A program made the position numbers and the translations under genes. From NCBI GenBank assembly GCA_002269645.1, contig NIVC01002851.1, positions 71,280 to 135,279 of the forward strand: a stretch of DNA of 64,000 bases, read 5' to 3'. The notes under the pieces were generated by a model that saw only the letters and a program-made list of their open reading frames with translations, ran no database searches and was not told the DNA's origin. The stretch comes from Macrostomum lignano. Taxonomy: Eukaryota. Of this stretch, positions 60,501 to 64,000 are shown one piece after another (position 1 is the stretch's first letter; each line of letters begins with the position of its first letter).

Positions 60501-62736
60501 AAGCTGATTATAGGGACATGCCTAGATATTGGTTGTTCCTATTAGTCGTGACAGAATTGGCCATCTCATTGGAATATAGTCGGTAGATCTGATATAAAAG
60601 CTGGGATTAGGACCCAATAATGACAAGTGGTATCGAAGGCTGATCGATCCATACTGATTGTGGTAAATAACCAACCTGCATTTGCAATAAAGGCGCCTGT
60701 TTGCCTTCCCCAGAGCCGCTACCGCGCCTACTACGACGCCCTTTTTTGAACCTCCAGCACCACCATCGCCGACTTTCCTCGACAGGCGAGCCTCTTTCAA
60801 TCGGCGCAGCAGATCTGGCACGTCTACATTGTCGATGCCGCAGTGCAGGTGGAACTCCGTGACGCCAAATACCTTGACGCAAGTGGAGTCGGCTGTAGTA
60901 GAAGAACTGGAAGTGCCGATATTTGAACCGGAAGCACCAACTTTAGAGCCGGAAATGCCTACTTTAGAACCGGAAGTGCCGATATTTAAACCGAAAGCAC
61001 CAACTTTAGAGCCGGAAATGCCTACTTTAGAACCGGAAGTGCCGATATTTGAACCGGAAGCACCAACTTTAGAGCCGGAAGTACCAACTTTAGAGCCGAA
61101 AATGCCGATTTTAGAATCATAAGTGCCGATATTTGAACAGGAAGTGCCAACTTTAGAACTGGGAGTACCTTTAGCAAAAGCAAGACTTTGATCAGGAGAA
61201 CCGGAAGAAACAACAGTCGAACAGGAAGTACGAGCGGCAGTTTTAGAAACGTCACCATCTACAGCGGCCAACAACTGCTTAGCAACCAGTCGAGCACGCC
61301 GCACCATCAGCAGATTCTGAGGTGCTAAACGACTAAGATATCGCGCCTCGTATTCGGCTAATTGATCGACAGCCAAGCGCAGATGTCCGACAGTCAAACA
61401 GACGCTGTGCACACCCGCTAGAGTCTCTAATAGGTTGTGCGCCTCGTCAATCACAAGGACGTGACCGCGCAGATTTAATCCGGTTGCTGCTCTTGTGCCC
61501 CGATGTAGCAAAGTCTGGTAGGGTAGCAACAACAGCTGGGCTAGCGGAGCGGCCCGGCGCGCTGCGTAATATGGACAGGCGCGCCGCTCGCGGCCCAATC
61601 TGGCCAGATCTTCAATGTCTAACGGGGGGCCCCGTAGAGCCTCGCGAGCCAGACTGTCTATGGCGGAGCGTCGATAATAGGGACACCCGCCGCCACCGCC
61701 GCAGCCGCCGTCGTCTTTAGCGACGCGAGCTCGTTTAGCGGGAGGCGATTTGTCACCTCGATTTTCTTTGCCGGGTTCTGTGAGGAAGAAAAAAAATAAG
61801 CCGGAAATCTAGCATTACTACTTGAATTAGTGGTTATAATGAATAGGAATGAAGCAACAGGTCTTTGTCACTCTATGGGAGTAGGACTGGTGTGAAGCAT
61901 TAGGTCTTTGTCACTCTATGGGGGTAGGACTGGTTTGAAACATTAGGTCTTTGTCACTCAGGGAGTAGGACTGGTGTGAAGCATCACGGCTTTGTCATAA
62001 AGGTAGATCTTTTCATAAAGAATTGGAATGAAGAATGAGCTGTTTGTCACTTTTAAGAAGAAAAGACATGTATGAAACATCAAGTCTTTGTCAATTTAGC
62101 GAATCCGAAGAATCTAGTCTTTGTCCACTTTAAAAAGGAAGACTTCAAATAAATAGACACCCTTTTGACTCGGTTACTTTAATAAAGCAAAACCATGAAG
62201 GAAAGTCGCTTCCCCGTTAATTGACAAGCTTAAGCTTTCACGCACCAGCCTTGTTTCCGGACGATTTCCTTCTCAATTCCAAGCATCTCTCATTAATAAG
62301 AGCCGAGGCGCCAAGAGCCGTAACATCCGAATTGACGCATAAACAGTTGCGAGCTGCCAGACTAACAGCCGACAGCTTATTGGCATGCACCGTACGACTA
62401 AACTCCTTACGAATTTGCGACAACTGCGAATGAGTCCTCGAGGCAAACAAAATCTTTGTCGGCTCTACGGCAGTCGATTCTTCGACACTGTCAATTTCTT
62501 CGTCAATGCGATCTTCCAAGTCAGCTTCTTCGTCCGATTCGCCAGATCGAATTTTCTCCAATTTTTGCAAAGCTTTCTCACGCGCTTCTAATTTGGCGCG
62601 TTCGGCATCGTTTTGGCGCTGACGCTGGCGCTTGGCCGCAAACTCTGCGATCCAAGCGTCGGGCGAAGCGGTGGAGCTGGATTCCACGGAATCCGGATTC
62701 AATTCCGCAGTTAAACTTGACAAGCTGAGCTTCTGT
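57505..62736 (-). CDS. DDX11: DDX11/CHL1 Fe-S DEAH helicase; 5' exon (Q motif and Walker A) not seen, probably beyond the window
   Basis: Exons 62736-62246, 61777-about 60774 (donor uncertain; internal candidate intron 61255-60893), 60036-59830, 58995-58481, 57763-57505. SRTHSQL, four Fe-S Cys (LCVN, NERC, CPYY, ACPYY), IDEAHN, LAGGTM, VVGGRLSEGINF, AVNQCIGRAIRH. Confidence 0.92.
57800..58038 (-). mobile_element. tRNA-derived SINE with CORE-like central domain
   Basis: Minus strand 5' GGAGATTGTAGCATAATGGTTAGAGCG (A box) ... GGTTCGATTCT (B box). Central GTTAAGTGTCTCTTGCTCAAGGACAC resembles the MIR/CORE motif. AATAAA-type tail. Confidence 0.75.
59050..59718. mobile_element. 669-bp MITE/foldback element with about 90-bp TIRs in a DDX11 intron
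   Basis: 59050-59139 and 59629-59718 are reverse complements with about 4 mismatches. Confidence 0.85.
60090..60515. repeat. About 19-20-bp degenerate minisatellite (GGATTGGGTCATAAGCTGA) in a DDX11 intron
   Basis: Direct reading. Confidence 0.88.
60900..61170 (-). repeat. 21-bp minisatellite inside the DDX11 open frame (SGSKVG(A/I/T) repeats)
   Basis: TCCGGTTCTAAAGTTGGCACT-type units. Confidence 0.85.
61855..61985. repeat. About 43-bp repeat, 3 copies, in a DDX11 intron
   Basis: GGTCTTTGTCACTC...GGAGTAGGACTGGT.TGAA units. Confidence 0.8.
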
Positions 62737-63610
62737 CTGCGAGCATTTAAAGAAGGATTATTAAACTTTTTAATAAAACTCAAACCATTTGTATCGAGAA
62801 GTTTAAAATCCAAGAACTAGTGGCTATTATCTTGGAATAATAATCAACTTATCAGTGCTTATTACAATAACAGTAAGAAATAGCTAGCGTCTCTAGCGAC
62901 AATACGTAATTGGGGGGGGGGGGGGTACGAGATAGCCTCGGGGTTGACTCACGCCAGTTAAACTCACTCGAATACTTTCTGTACAGTGTACATGTAACTT
63001 CTCGCCCAATAATAAATCATGATTAAGTTTCCGCAATTGAATTGTCTAGTCGCGGGCATTTTTAAAACTATTGACAGGCTTAAAAAATTCTTCAAAAGCT
63101 ACCAATTTTGCAGTAGCACTTTGAGAGTGAGTACTCATAGGGGTAATCTTGCGGCAATTTTTTAAGTCGAGATACGTACGAGACAGTCAATCCATGTTAG
63201 TGCTGTATTTAACATAGCACCAAGTCTCGGTGGGCGAGAAACGCGTTTAGCACACTCTGAGTTAGTGGTCTTTTGGCCATAGACATTCTCAGCTGGTGTG
63301 CTTACTGTGCCTTTCAACCACTTTTCAATACGAGTAGGATAACTAAAACTACAACCTTTATTTTTAGAGGTACATCGTTAACAACACAAAGTTGTTCCAA
63401 AATTTGTTGTTTTTATTGTTCTAGTTACTTCATATCAACTTCCTAGAATACTCTCAGCAACTCAGCAACATTGAAAAGTTTCCAACCTCTCGCCAGCCGT
63501 GTATATTTAAAGTTTCAAAACTGGTTTTTGTCGCCGGACTTGTGCCATAGACGATTGATGATTTCGTCAACACGCACTTGTGTCATTGATGCTTCATGTG
63601 GTGGCGTGGG

Positions 63611-63923
63611 AACAGCGTCCTCCAAGACGAAAAACGCCCCACCGCATCGCAAAGCCGCTGTGGCGCATCTGAAGAGCTGCTGCACCTGCGAACCTTGCGC
63701 TGGCCGTCCCGATCACCGGACATGAATCCATAGAGCACGTTTGGGATTACCTGAAGCGCTCCATTCGCACGACAATCCGCCGCAAAACGTTGCCCAACTG
63801 CGCGAATCACTGTCTACTGCATGGCAACAACTACTACGCAAGATTTTCTGCGACGCCTGGTTCTGGGGATGCCCCAGAGAGTGAGCGCTCTGCTGCACGC
63901 ACGTGGCTGCTATACGTTACTGA
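63611..63923 (+). mobile_element. Degenerate Tc1-family transposase C-terminal fragment
   Basis: Frames read LQDENAPPHR, then after frameshifts LRWPSRSPDMNP / IEHVWDYLKR and LRRLVLGMPQRVSALLHARGCYT, matching Tc1 QDNA.PH, WPSQSPDLNPIEH.W and RG..T motifs. Confidence 0.75.
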
Positions 63924-64000
63924 CCTGTTCTGGCAAGTTGTCACCCCATGCTCGCGTACTTTGTTTCTTTGGCTGTTCCTTTGCTTCGTTCGAATCCGGA

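Overview
Eukaryotic genomic DNA with GT-AG introns, GC-rich exons and introns packed with minisatellites. The style suggests a free-living flatworm such as Macrostomum (inference, not proven). Genes rebuilt by hand from splice sites: DDX23/PRP28 (+); an uncharacterised 566-aa beta-propeller-like protein (+); three tandem copies of a secreted signal peptide-WSC-PAN/Apple gene (-; one intact, one frameshifted, one hit by a LINE); an acetylcholinesterase-like esterase (+); a secreted protein with six F-type lectin domains plus a kringle (-); a glutamine synthetase whose last exon cannot be found (-); an intronless WDR77/MEP50-like gene (-); and a 5'-incomplete DDX11/CHL1 (-). Also present: many tandem repeats, several MITE/foldback elements, tRNA-derived SINEs, LINE 3' fragments and a Tc1 relic. 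Most unusual: intronic minisatellites whose repeat unit is a copy of the adjacent splice signal, an in-frame stop-free repeat intron in DDX11, and a cluster of non-canonical secreted glycan-binding proteins. No databases were searched; all homology calls come from recognised motifs.
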